Positions 29,539-38,160 of a DNA stretch of 64,000 bases are shown piece after piece (within the stretch, counting starts at the first letter, position 1; the number at the start of each line of letters is the position of its first letter). Source of the stretch: Candidatus Collierbacteria bacterium GW2011_GWA2_42_17 (lineage in GTDB: Bacteria > Patescibacteriota > Microgenomatia > UBA1400 > MFAQ01). The translations under genes were made by a program, and so were the position numbers. The DNA lies in NCBI GenBank assembly GCA_000998275.1, contig LCDA01000004.1, positions 4,360-68,359 of the forward strand, written 5' to 3'. The notes under the pieces were generated by a model. That model saw nothing but the letters and a program-made list of their open reading frames with translations. It did no database searches and was not told the origin of the DNA.

Positions 29539-31400
29539 TTTTTTATCACAAAGACCGCTTTCGGTTTACCCACAAGTTTTTCAAATTCTTCTTGCTCCAA
29601 GGTCTCAACCTTCATTAGTCTGGCTACAATCTTATCCAAAACCTTTTTGTTGCCCGTCAGGACCCTTTCTGCGGTCTTCAAACCCTCATCTACTAGCTTC
29701 TTTATCTCGGCATCTACTTTTGCTTGAGTAGCCTCGGATAATCTAACGGACTCTCCGTAAGAATATCCCCAGTTATTCACCTCGGTCATCTGCCCCATGG
29801 CCACCGGACCCAGGTCACTCATTCCAAAGTCCACCACCATTCTTCGAGCCAGCATCGTTGCTCTTTCAATGTCACTGGCAGCCCCGGCAGTAAGTTCGTT
29901 GAAAATAAGTTGTTCAGCCGCTCTTCCTCCCAAAGACATCGCAATTTCATCTTTAAGTTCGGTTCTCGTTTGTTGATACTTATCCGTCTTTGGTCTACTC
30001 ATCGTAAATCCCAGTGCCATACCACGGGATACAATACTCAATCGATGGATAGGATCTGTTCCCGGCAAGAGGTGTCCGACAAGTGCATGGCCTGACTCGT
30101 GATATGCGGTCATTTTTCGCTCCAGTTCAGACTGCAATCTTTTTCGCTCAGGTCCCATCTTTACCTTCATTGCCGCCTCTTCAATATCTACCATCCAAAT
30201 TTCTTTTCTATCGTCCCTGGCCGCCAATATAGCCGCCTCATTGAGCATGTTTTCCAAGTCCGCTCCGGAAAAACCCACCGTTCTTTCTGCCACCTTATCC
30301 CAGTTCAGTTTCTTCGCAAATGGTTTTCCTTTTTTATGAATCTCAATGATCGACTTTCTTCCGGCAATGTCCGGCAAATCCAAGTTTACCCTTCGGTCAA
30401 ATCTACCCGGACGAACAAGAGCGGGATCCAGCACATCTGGTCTGTTTGTCGCCGCAATTACAATCACGTTATCGGTTTGGGTAAAACCATCCATCTCCAC
30501 CAAAATTTGATTCAGAGTTTGTTCACGTTCGTCATGACCACCCATACCCCCACCAACACCACGAGTTCTGCCAATAGCATCCACTTCGTCAATAAAAATG
30601 ATTGCCGGAGCCGCTTTTTTGGCCGTATCAAACAAATCACGTACCCGACTTGCACCTACTCCCACAAGCATCTCCATAAACTCCGATCCGGCCATAGAGA
30701 AAAAGGGTACTCCGGCCTCGCCGGCGACCGCTCTGGCCATTAAAGTCTTTCCCACTCCCGAAGGTCCGGTCAAAAGAACACCTTTTGGTGTTCTGGCACC
30801 TAGATCTCGATATTTTTTGGGATTTTTCAAAAAATCAACCACTTCTTCCAACTCTTTTTTGGCCTCATCTACACCGGCAACGTCTTTAAACTTTATATTT
30901 TGCTTACCTTTGGAGAACAATTTTGCCTTACTTTTTCCTATACCAAACATGTCGCCTCCCCCACCTTGTCTGCGCATCAGGAAAAACATCAGCAATCCAA
31001 ATCCTAAAATAGGAAATACCAAAGAAATAACACTCCAAAAAGCTTTACTAAAATCTTGGGAGGTTACAGTTACTTTTATCTTGCTCTCATCCACTCCGGC
31101 TTTTTGTAGCTGATCCATAAAGCTCGAACCCTCTTCTTTCCTCGAAACTCCAATTACTTGTTTTCCTGAAGCATCTGTTGGATAAATTAAAACCAATTCT
31201 TCTCCTCTAATTTCCACCGACTCTACTTTTTCTTGTTTAATCTCGGCAATTGCCGAAGATAAAGGCATCTCCACCATAACTCCGGTCGAACCCAAGAGGA
31301 ACTTTACAATATAAGGTACGAAAAGAAATAAAATCAAAAACCAAATTAATAGTCTCCGCAAATTTATATTTAGTTTGAACTCAACCTTTTTTGTTTCCAT
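29535..31400 (-). CDS. ftsH: ATP-dependent zinc metalloprotease FtsH
   Basis: N-terminal TM helices, AAA module GPSGVGKT, second region of homology, HESGHAL zinc site. Confidence 0.9.
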   Translation of the reverse strand: METKKVEFKLNINLRRLLIWFLILFLFVPYIVKFLLGSTGVMVEMPLSSAIAEIKQEKVESVEIRGEELVLIYPTDASGKQVIGVSRKEEGSSFMDQLQKAGVDESKIKVTVTSQDFSKAFWSVISLVFPILGFGLLMFFLMRRQGGGGDMFGIGKSKAKLFSKGKQNIKFKDVAGVDEAKKELEEVVDFLKNPKKYRDLGARTPKGVLLTGPSGVGKTLMARAVAGEAGVPFFSMAGSEFMEMLVGVGASRVRDLFDTAKKAAPAIIFIDEVDAIGRTRGVGGGMGGHDEREQTLNQILVEMDGFTQTDNVIVIAATNRPDVLDPALVRPGRFDRRVNLDLPDIAGRKSIIEIHKKGKPFAKKLNWDKVAERTVGFSGADLENMLNEAAILAARDDRKEIWMVDIEEAAMKVKMGPERKRLQSELERKMTAYHESGHALVGHLLPGTDPIHRLSIVSRGMALGFTMSRPKTDKYQQTRTELKDEIAMSLGGRAAEQLIFNELTAGAASDIERATMLARRMVVDFGMSDLGPVAMGQMTEVNNWGYSYGESVRLSEATQAKVDAEIKKLVDEGLKTAERVLTGNKKVLDKIVARLMKVETLEQEEFEKLVGKPKAVFVIKK

Positions 31401-31413
31401 ATTTATTTGTCCT

Positions 31414-31749
31414 CTATCTTATCACCGTTCCAGGCACAACGTCATCACCCAAGAACATTAACTTGGGGCCATCTTCTCCATCAGCCATTATTACCATTCC
31501 CTGGCTTACCTCATCTCCCATTTTTTTTGGTTCCATATTAACAATTACAGGCAAAGTTTTACCCACCAGTTCCTCGGGCGTATACCATTTTCTAATTCCA
31601 CTGAAAAGCACTCTTTTCCCCAACTCCTCACCAAAATCAATCTCGTAACGAATTAATTTTTCACTCCAGTCGGGAGCACTTGCATCCACAACCTTTCCTG
31701 CCCTAATATCCAATTTTTCAAAATCTTCGTATTTAATTGGGTCTTTCAC
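31414..31749 (-). CDS. tRNA-binding domain protein (CsaA/Trbp111-like OB fold)
   Basis: DFEKLDIRAGKVVDASAPDWSEKLIRYEIDFGEE... resembles the MetRS C-terminal / EMAP-II-like tRNA-binding domain. Confidence 0.7.
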   Translation of the reverse strand: MKDPIKYEDFEKLDIRAGKVVDASAPDWSEKLIRYEIDFGEELGKRVLFSGIRKWYTPEELVGKTLPVIVNMEPKKMGDEVSQGMVIMADGEDGPKLMFLGDDVVPGTVIR

Positions 31750-31759
31750 TCAATTCTTG

Positions 31760-32761
31760 CTAATTAACAATTCCCACCGTTTCATAGACTTCGTTTATCG
31801 TTGCCGAAGCTAATTTAATTGCTTTATTTGCTCCGTCTCTAAGAATTTTTTGTACTAACTCGGGGTTTCTTGTAAGCTCTTCTCTTTTTTTCTTGGCCGC
31901 TTCGAAATATCTTTGATGTGCCGCAAACAGTTTTTCTTTCACCTCCACATCTCCCACTCTGCCTTCTCGATATCTGTTCTTCAAATCTTCAACCTCTGCC
32001 TTGTCCTCATTAAATAAATCATGAAAAACAAATACTGGATTTCCTTCCACAGTACCCGGGTCTGTGGCTTTCAATCTGTTGGGATCTGTAAAACATCCCA
32101 TTATCTGTTTCTTAATTATTTCTTCATCTGCAAAAATCTCAATTACGTTTCCTAAGCTCTTACTCATTTTTCTTGTCCCGTCGGTTCCTATTATTTTGCC
32201 TGTCTCCGTAGAAATCATTGGCTCGGGTAGCACCAAAACTTCTTTTTTGTAGGCTTTGTTAAAACTATCTGCGATGTCTCTTGCAATCTCCACATGTTGT
32301 CTCTGGTCTTCTCCCACAGGCACGCCATCTGGTTTATAAAGTAAAATATCTGCTGCCATCAAGATAGGATAATTGAACAAACCCATATTGATTGACTCTT
32401 CGTTTTCACCCTTTTGCAGTTTGTCTTTAAAAGCATGCATTCTCTTCATGTGGGAATAAGTTACATAGTTTCCCAACACCACTGCCATTTGAGAGTGTTG
32501 TGGCACGTCAGACTGTCGGAAAAACACACACCTGTCAGGGTTCAAACCCAAAGCCAAATAATCCAAAACCACATTTTTTATATTTTCCTGTAGTGTTTCT
32601 TTATCTTTTACTGTTGTCAAAGCATGTAAATCGGCCACAAAATAATATGTCTCCATTTTTTCCTGAAGACCAATCTGATGCTTGATTGCCCCAAAATAGT
32701 TTCCTATGTGCAAGGAACTACCGCTGGGATTTATACCTGAAACAACTCTTTTATTCTCCAT
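31760..32761 (-). CDS. trpS: tryptophanyl-tRNA synthetase
   Basis: GINPSGSSLHIGNYFGA (HIGH) and KMSKSLGN (KMSKS). Confidence 0.9.
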   Translation of the reverse strand: MENKRVVSGINPSGSSLHIGNYFGAIKHQIGLQEKMETYYFVADLHALTTVKDKETLQENIKNVVLDYLALGLNPDRCVFFRQSDVPQHSQMAVVLGNYVTYSHMKRMHAFKDKLQKGENEESINMGLFNYPILMAADILLYKPDGVPVGEDQRQHVEIARDIADSFNKAYKKEVLVLPEPMISTETGKIIGTDGTRKMSKSLGNVIEIFADEEIIKKQIMGCFTDPNRLKATDPGTVEGNPVFVFHDLFNEDKAEVEDLKNRYREGRVGDVEVKEKLFAAHQRYFEAAKKKREELTRNPELVQKILRDGANKAIKLASATINEVYETVGIVN

Positions 32762-32797
32762 GAACTCTATTGTACTAAACCTAGATGCTTTTAAAAG

Positions 32798-32874
32798 TAG
32801 CGGGGGCGGGAGTCGAACCCGCGAATTCTCCGGTTTATGAATCCGGCGCTTTGAACCAACTAAGCTACCCCGCC
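32798..32874 (-). tRNA. tRNA with CAU anticodon (Met / initiator / Ile2-lysidine type not resolvable)
   Basis: Minus-strand read: GGCGGGG-TA-GCTT-AGTTGGTTCA-AAGC-G-CCGGA-TTCATAA-ACCGG-AGAATTC-GCGGG-TTCGACT-CCCGC-CCCCGCT-A. T-arm GGGTTCGACTCC, anticodon loop TT-CAT-AA. Atypical features: A31.A39 mismatch, 7-nt variable region, G1.U72. CCA is not encoded. Confidence 0.7.
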
Positions 32875-32881
32875 AAACATG

Positions 32882-33430
32882 CTATATTTTATCACTTAAC
32901 TGAGCTCTAGCCACACCCGCAATCCACCCTCTCATTTTTCTTAGGATATTAATGCTTTTTCTTACTCTTATCCTCAATACTCCAAAATATCTATCATTAT
33001 TTAAATAAACCCGATTTTGCTTCGATTTCTGATAAAACGGCTTCACAAATTGGTCGATACCAACACCTAAGCTATCCGACCAATGTTGTTCCATTTCTTT
33101 AATTTTGTCAGAATACTTAATATTCGCTGTTACTCTAAAACTTAACCTATCATTCCTAATATCCAAACATTCCTTAAGCCAAGCTAAATACAATTTAGCC
33201 ATATTTTCGTCCATCGTTGCCAATCCTAATGAACTTTCGTCTTTATGTTTAAAACCTTCAGCCCAATATAAAGATACCCCAATTAAAAATAACTCTCTTT
33301 TAGTCAGTTTTCCTACTTCGATTACTCCCTTGTCAAAAGTTTCACTCTCAAACATCAACCTCATTTTTGTCCTTTCAGTCTGATATTTCCTTCTCCCGGA
33401 CTGAAGTTTTTCGAATAATTCCTTGGTCAC
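32882..33430 (-). CDS. possible LAGLIDADG-type homing-endonuclease-like protein (single motif)
   Basis: 182 aa. Residues about 46-58, LFLIGVSLYWAEGFK, resemble a LAGLIDADG block (hydrophobic-G-hydrophobic...xEG). Size matches single-motif enzymes. Lies directly beside the group I ribozyme core. Confidence 0.35.
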   Translation of the reverse strand: MTKELFEKLQSGRRKYQTERTKMRLMFESETFDKGVIEVGKLTKRELFLIGVSLYWAEGFKHKDESSLGLATMDENMAKLYLAWLKECLDIRNDRLSFRVTANIKYSDKIKEMEQHWSDSLGVGIDQFVKPFYQKSKQNRVYLNNDRYFGVLRIRVRKSINILRKMRGWIAGVARAQLSDKI

Positions 33431-33491
33431 AATTCATTTACCCATACATTACCCGAATTGTCAATTAGGCTCATTCGTGCTAAAATACCCA

Positions 33492-33753
33492 TGTTCGTTA
33501 ATTTGCGGGTGGAAGGTGAGTATCTTGCGAGGCTCAAATGGGCCGTTCAATGAGTAATTATTGAATAGAACTTGGCTATATCGGTGAAATCCTAGTGAAG
33601 GACAACGCCGAGGGAAGTCTCCGTCTATGACGGATGACCCCGTAGAGACTAAACGCCGAGCTCCTAGTTTAATAGGATGATGACATAGTCCGACACTCTG
33701 AGCAATCAGAGAAACAGTGCATAATCTCGCTTAACTGGGGAGCGTGACCCCAG
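33492..33753 (+). ncRNA. group I intron-like ribozyme (IC3-like core), boundaries approximate
   Basis: Plus-strand elements in canonical order. P: TATATCGGTGAAATCC (33577-33592), like Azoarcus AAUUCGGCGAAACC. Q: ACAACGCCGAGGGAAG (33602-33617), like GCAACGCCGAGCCAAG. R: GTAGAGACTAAACG (33642-33655), like GUAGAGACUAGACG. S: GACATAGTCCGAC (33682-33694), like Tetrahymena AUAGUCGGAC. P4 (TCGGTG/CGCCGA) and P7 (GACTA/TAGTC) pairings form. P6a, P8, a P9 hairpin with GCAA tetraloop (33696-33711) and P9.1 (CTGGGG...CCCCAG) ending at G33753 are present. Confidence 0.7.
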
Positions 33754-33763
33754 ACCCGCAACA

Positions 33764-34141
33764 CTATTTTAGAAGTGACCACCACTTCTCCCAGTTTTCT
33801 ACCTGTTTTTCTTCTTCTGTAGCCTCCTTTATAGCCAGGAGATCCCCTTTTGGTAATACCGCCACCACTTCTCCTATTTTTTGCATGTTCAGCTGTTCTC
33901 TAATAATCTTCTCTTTATATTCATCGGTCATCACCAGACTAAGTTTATCCTTTAGCATTTGATTCTTTGCTTCCTCCTCAACCAAACGAGTCTTCGCCTC
34001 ATCAATTCGAACATAACCCTTTTTTAACTGCCAAAGGTCTTTTGCTAAAGAAAAAATAAGTATCCAGGCAATAACTAAAATTATGCCTTTAATCCAGCCA
34101 TTTTTATCAGTTTTCTTGTTTCCTCTGTTTAAAGCTTGCAT
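33764..34141 (-). CDS. FtsB/DivIC-like septum formation initiator (single TM plus coiled coil)
   Basis: N-terminal TM helix IKGIILVIAWILIFSLA followed by a heptad-like coiled coil. 125 aa. Confidence 0.5.
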   Translation of the reverse strand: MQALNRGNKKTDKNGWIKGIILVIAWILIFSLAKDLWQLKKGYVRIDEAKTRLVEEEAKNQMLKDKLSLVMTDEYKEKIIREQLNMQKIGEVVAVLPKGDLLAIKEATEEEKQVENWEKWWSLLK

Positions 34142-34193
34142 TTTTAGAACCTAGAGTGTTATAATAAGTGCCATAAATAACTCAGTACCAATT

Positions 34194-35069
34194 ATGGAAC
34201 AAATCGACCAAAACATCAAACAAGCAATCGCTACTTTCAAAAGCCATCTGGCTTCTCAAGGTAGAGCTTCTGCTACCATTTTAGCTTACTCAAAAGATAT
34301 TGAGCAGCTTGCTAATTTTGTCGCCAAATCTAACAAGAACAACCTTTCCGAGGTTACCAAGGAAGATATTGATGCTTTTAAAGACAGTCTTTCAGCCACA
34401 AACTACACTACCAAGTCAATCTCTCGTAAGATTAACTCCATTAAATCCTTCTTTTCATACATCGTCGCCAATGGTGCTATCTCCGAAAACCCAGCCACAA
34501 ACGTCACTCATCCCAAATACGATATCAAACCTCCTCGTATCTTAAACAAAATCGAGTATCGTGCACTTCGAGATGCTTGCCGGGAAGACTCCAGAATGGC
34601 TGCCATCGTCGAGCTCTTGCTTCAAACTGGTATGCGTATTTCCGAACTAGCCAACCTTAAAATTACCGATTTGGACTTTACTGGTAACCAAATTACCATT
34701 CGTGCCTACGAATCTCATCCTGAACGTGTCGTTCCTCTAAACCAACCGGTTAAAGAATCCCTCACCCGCTATTTGGAAACTCGTCCAAAAAGTGGTAACA
34801 CCTTTGTCTTCATCACCAAGACTGGCAACGCCTTCTTGATCAGAAACATCCGTTCCAATCTCGATCGATATTTCCACCTCGCTGGTATTGAGAACGCCAA
34901 GGTCAACGACTTAAGACATACTTTTATTGCCCAGCAACTTACCTCTGGTAGTCCCCTGGTCTACATCAGTAAACTCGTCGGTCACAAAAGACTTTCTACC
35001 ACCGAAAAGTATCTTGAGTTTATTTCCGAGAAGCCTGCCAAGGATAAACCAAAACTAATAGACCTTTAA
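34194..35069 (+). CDS. tyrosine recombinase (XerC/XerD-like)
   Basis: The N-terminal SAM-like domain (ASATILAYSKDIEQL) and the catalytic R...HxxR...Y are present, with the tyrosine in ...LRHTFIAQQL...GHKRLSTTEKYLEF. Confidence 0.8.
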   Translation: MEQIDQNIKQAIATFKSHLASQGRASATILAYSKDIEQLANFVAKSNKNNLSEVTKEDIDAFKDSLSATNYTTKSISRKINSIKSFFSYIVANGAISENPATNVTHPKYDIKPPRILNKIEYRALRDACREDSRMAAIVELLLQTGMRISELANLKITDLDFTGNQITIRAYESHPERVVPLNQPVKESLTRYLETRPKSGNTFVFITKTGNAFLIRNIRSNLDRYFHLAGIENAKVNDLRHTFIAQQLTSGSPLVYISKLVGHKRLSTTEKYLEFISEKPAKDKPKLIDL

Positions 35070-35094
35070 AAGTCTCTTTAGTCAATTAAAGAAG

Positions 35095-35442
35095 CTAGTC
35101 CTTGTTGACTAGCTTTTTTAATGCTTCCAAAGTAGTCTGCGACAAGAATCCTAGTACCTCCCCCATCTTTTCCATTGAACCTACGGCCAAAGCCAACCAA
35201 CCCGATGTCGACTTTCTGGTATCTTCCACTATCAAAAAGGCATTTCTTACTCCAGAGACTTCCAGCTGTTCACCCGTTACTTCATCTTCCACGTAAATTG
35301 TTACCGGATTACCGCTCTTCCCCAGATTCATATTACCGGTAATTACCATCTCCTGTGACCACGGCGAGTTTGAAGTTGTATCGTTTAACTCTTCATCGGG
35401 CTGTGCTAGTCTGAGAATCTTATCTATCGGCCCAATCTGCAA
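35095..35442 (-). CDS. hypothetical protein (downstream of coupling-ATPase-like gene)
   Basis: 115 aa, no recognised motif. Confidence 0.3.
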   Translation of the reverse strand: MQIGPIDKILRLAQPDEELNDTTSNSPWSQEMVITGNMNLGKSGNPVTIYVEDEVTGEQLEVSGVRNAFLIVEDTRKSTSGWLALAVGSMEKMGEVLGFLSQTTLEALKKLVNKD

Positions 35443-35459
35443 TATTCTACCATTTCAGG

Positions 35460-37784
35460 CTAAAGTTTACTTCTGTTCTCTATTTCCTCGTCCACTTCAT
35501 TGACATCTCTACCATACTTCAATCTGGATAGTTCCTTAATCATTCTCGACACTTCAGGGCTCCCTTGAGCCTTTTCTGCTTTGATATCTCTTTCTACATT
35601 CATTGAAAAAGAAGGAACTGGGGTTTCGTTCACAATTGTTTTAGTGTAGATTACCCGAGCAGGAACATTGGTCAAATCCGTTTCATTAAAGGTTGGTTCA
35701 AACTCTTTGGCTAGAATTGCCGCGTCCTGCATACCTACACGATAAGACATTAAAGTACCCACGTTTCCAAATATTGCGTCCCTAACCTGTTCATCCAACT
35801 GGCTGACAAACTGATTAGCCAAAGTTAAAGACACTCCATATTTACGCACCTCGGAAAGCATCTGGGCAAAGTCCGGTGTGGCAAAGTTCTGAAACTCATC
35901 CACGTAAAGATTAAAGGGTCTTCTCTGCTCCTTGGGCATGTCCTGTCTAGATAGTGCTGCCGCCAAAATTTTCGGGATTAAAACCAATCCCAAAAAGTTC
36001 GAGTCCTCTTCTCCTAAAAGACCTTTAGCCAGTTTTAGGAAAACAATTTTTCCCGTATCCATTGCTTCCCGGAAATTGAGAGTACTCTTCGACTGACCAA
36101 TAATATTACGAATCATTTTATTAGTCACAAATCGACCAAACTTTGAAGAAATATAGTCCAGAGTCTCACTCTTATGGAAGTCCGAAGTCTGAGCAATCTG
36201 ATCAGTCCAATAACGTCTCACGATAGGATCTTTAACTAGAGGTAGTATTTCTTGGACATATTTTGAATCAGTTAACACTCTGTTCACTTCAATGAATGTT
36301 GCTCCGGGAACCACCGCCACGGTCAACATCGCGTTTCTTACAGCATGCTCAAACCGAGCCCCCACCATACCGGTTCGGTGTGGGTCATAAAGCTTGTACA
36401 TCAAATTAATTATTGAAGAAGCCACTTGGTACATTTCATCGTAGTTTTTGACTTCCAGTAGGTTAAAACCTAGTGGTCGATCTTTATCCGACGGGTCAAA
36501 AAAGATCACATCCTCGGCCCTCTCTGGTGGTACCAGCTCCATTAGTTCTTCAATACCCTCACCATGTGGTTCCAAGAAACACAGACCCTTCCCCGCTCTC
36601 ATATCTTGAATAATCATCGACTTCAAAAGTTCAGTCTTTCCAGTACCGGTTCTTCCAATAATGTACATGTGACGCATTCGATCTTTTTCACCCATATAGA
36701 TATTTCGTTCCTGGCCTCGATATATCGATCGACCCAGCCACAACCCCGAATCAGGAAATCCTCCCGTCGCTGGAGATGCTTTAGCCGTCAACCAAAAAAT
36801 ATGTGGTGTGTCAATTGTTTTATTTGGTAGATGCCAAATTGATGCCACCTCTTCAGATGACAACACCGAGTTGTTGCCCCACATGTTTTGATATCGATAA
36901 AGAAAATCCATCATAAACATCTGTTTCAAGCGAATTTTTCGACTCGAAAAACCATTTTGACTCCCGGAAAACTGCGAAAAGGTACTCTTCAAATTAGACA
37001 AGTTTGCCTTTGCCACCCCCTCATTTGGAGCTACACTGATCATTCTCACACTCGTCAAAAAACCTACCTTGCTACACTTATTAGTGATTGCTTCCATCTC
37101 CTGCGGGTTCATCTTAAACTTGGCTTTCTCCGGGTTGGCTTCATCTTTTTTCAGTTTGGCCACATAACTCTCACCAAACTTACTCCAAGAAGACTCGGCC
37201 GGTGACACAATTATTTGGATTGCTACCGCCTCGTTGTCAGAAAACTTAGCCATCGAAGCCGTAATTGCCGCCAAAGAATCAACTGGCAGTTCTTTATACG
37301 ATTTGATTGGTTTAAAACTTGGGTTTTTTAATGCCAGCTCAGTAAAAGCCACCGCTGCATCTTTATAAAAAATATTGTATTCGTCTACCTGTTTCACTTG
37401 AACTCCGGAGTATGTTCCGGCAATAGTCTTTTCAACAAGCTCCACATTGTCACGATGACACGATACATAAAAACGAATATCTTCTTTCTTTCCCACGATT
37501 TCCAAAGACAAGTGCTGCTGTGGTTTATACTTCTGCCAAAAACCTCCCCTTTTCAAAGAAAACAGTGAAGAAAACATTTGTTCAACAGCGTCCACCTTTA
37601 CCTCATTATCCTTTGGTACCGCAATTTCCATCAATACAAAATTCAAACTCACCTCTTCTCTGTTTTTATTTCTAAGCCAAACAACAAAAAACATCCAGCT
37701 GATGATTAAAGCTCCAATCACCAAAATCAGCCCCAGAAGAACTACTACTCCGTATTGAATCAAGTTGCCGTAGTTATTAATCAT
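35460..37784 (-). CDS. VirD4/TraD/TrwB-family (type IV coupling protein-like) membrane-anchored P-loop ATPase
   Basis: N-terminal TM helices. Walker A IIGRTGTGKTELLK followed by ...VIFFDPSDKD. Walker B NLYVDEFQNF followed by RKYGVSLTLANQFVSQL (the coupling-protein R..G....Q..QL block). 774 aa. Confidence 0.6.
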   Translation of the reverse strand: MINNYGNLIQYGVVVLLGLILVIGALIISWMFFVVWLRNKNREEVSLNFVLMEIAVPKDNEVKVDAVEQMFSSLFSLKRGGFWQKYKPQQHLSLEIVGKKEDIRFYVSCHRDNVELVEKTIAGTYSGVQVKQVDEYNIFYKDAAVAFTELALKNPSFKPIKSYKELPVDSLAAITASMAKFSDNEAVAIQIIVSPAESSWSKFGESYVAKLKKDEANPEKAKFKMNPQEMEAITNKCSKVGFLTSVRMISVAPNEGVAKANLSNLKSTFSQFSGSQNGFSSRKIRLKQMFMMDFLYRYQNMWGNNSVLSSEEVASIWHLPNKTIDTPHIFWLTAKASPATGGFPDSGLWLGRSIYRGQERNIYMGEKDRMRHMYIIGRTGTGKTELLKSMIIQDMRAGKGLCFLEPHGEGIEELMELVPPERAEDVIFFDPSDKDRPLGFNLLEVKNYDEMYQVASSIINLMYKLYDPHRTGMVGARFEHAVRNAMLTVAVVPGATFIEVNRVLTDSKYVQEILPLVKDPIVRRYWTDQIAQTSDFHKSETLDYISSKFGRFVTNKMIRNIIGQSKSTLNFREAMDTGKIVFLKLAKGLLGEEDSNFLGLVLIPKILAAALSRQDMPKEQRRPFNLYVDEFQNFATPDFAQMLSEVRKYGVSLTLANQFVSQLDEQVRDAIFGNVGTLMSYRVGMQDAAILAKEFEPTFNETDLTNVPARVIYTKTIVNETPVPSFSMNVERDIKAEKAQGSPEVSRMIKELSRLKYGRDVNEVDEEIENRSKL

Positions 37785-38146
37785 CTTGTCTCTGGAGGGA
37801 GATAAAACACTCTCCCTGGATATTTTTTAATCATCATCACACACCATTCTGATAACCATCGAATGCTCTCCCAAACCTTATGGTGAAGTCCTTCAACCAC
37901 CTCTTCCTGATCGAGTGGTAGAACAATATTTGGCTTGGTGGCACCTGCAAACTGGGCAGACACAACTTTCCCCATGTCGCTGAGTTGATTATCGGTTGTT
38001 TGTTGCTTTTGCTGCGGTTGAGGACTGACCCGTTGCTGTGTCTCTACTTGTTTCTCTACTTTCTCCACGTAACCTACTTGCCCCACTGGAGCAATTTCAA
38101 CTTCGGGTGTTAACGGATATTCTAATTCCTTACCTACGGCAGGCAT
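37781..38146 (-). CDS. hypothetical protein (Q/E-rich, overlaps downstream ATPase gene by 4 nt)
   Basis: 121 aa, translationally coupled (ATGA overlap) to the 774-aa ATPase gene. Confidence 0.3.
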   Translation of the reverse strand: MPAVGKELEYPLTPEVEIAPVGQVGYVEKVEKQVETQQRVSPQPQQKQQTTDNQLSDMGKVVSAQFAGATKPNIVLPLDQEEVVEGLHHKVWESIRWLSEWCVMMIKKYPGRVFYLPPETR

Positions 38147-38160
38147 ACTTTAACTATACC

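Noticed and set aside
33431-33763. First read this structured region as an RNase P RNA: GAGGGAAGTC resembles the P4/CR-I GAGGAAAGTCCGG, GGTGAAA is A-rich, and the ends pair.
   Set aside because: The order of motifs does not fit RNase P. The CR-V partner (ACAGAACCCGGCUUA) is absent and P4 cannot form. All four group I intron blocks (P, Q, R, S) fit in order on the plus strand with P4 and P7 pairing. tmRNA, SRP and 6S RNA were also considered and do not fit (no tRNA-like T-arm, no domain IV motif).
33380-33800. Looked for plus-strand tRNA halves (tRNA-Ile/Met/Leu-type exons) or an rRNA/protein exon flanking the intron-like element.
   Set aside because: The flanks contain no D-loop or T-loop consensus. 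The joined candidate exons (…TACCCAT + ACCCGCAAC…) do not fold into an anticodon arm. Both flanks are antisense to convincing minus-strand ORFs.
34194-35069. Calling the tyrosine recombinase a phage/ICE integrase marking a prophage boundary.
   Set aside because: The N-terminal domain and length (291 aa) fit housekeeping XerC/XerD as well as a mobile integrase. Reduced genomes usually carry a single Xer. No att repeats were found by eye, so the mobile-element reading is left as a hypothesis in the findings.
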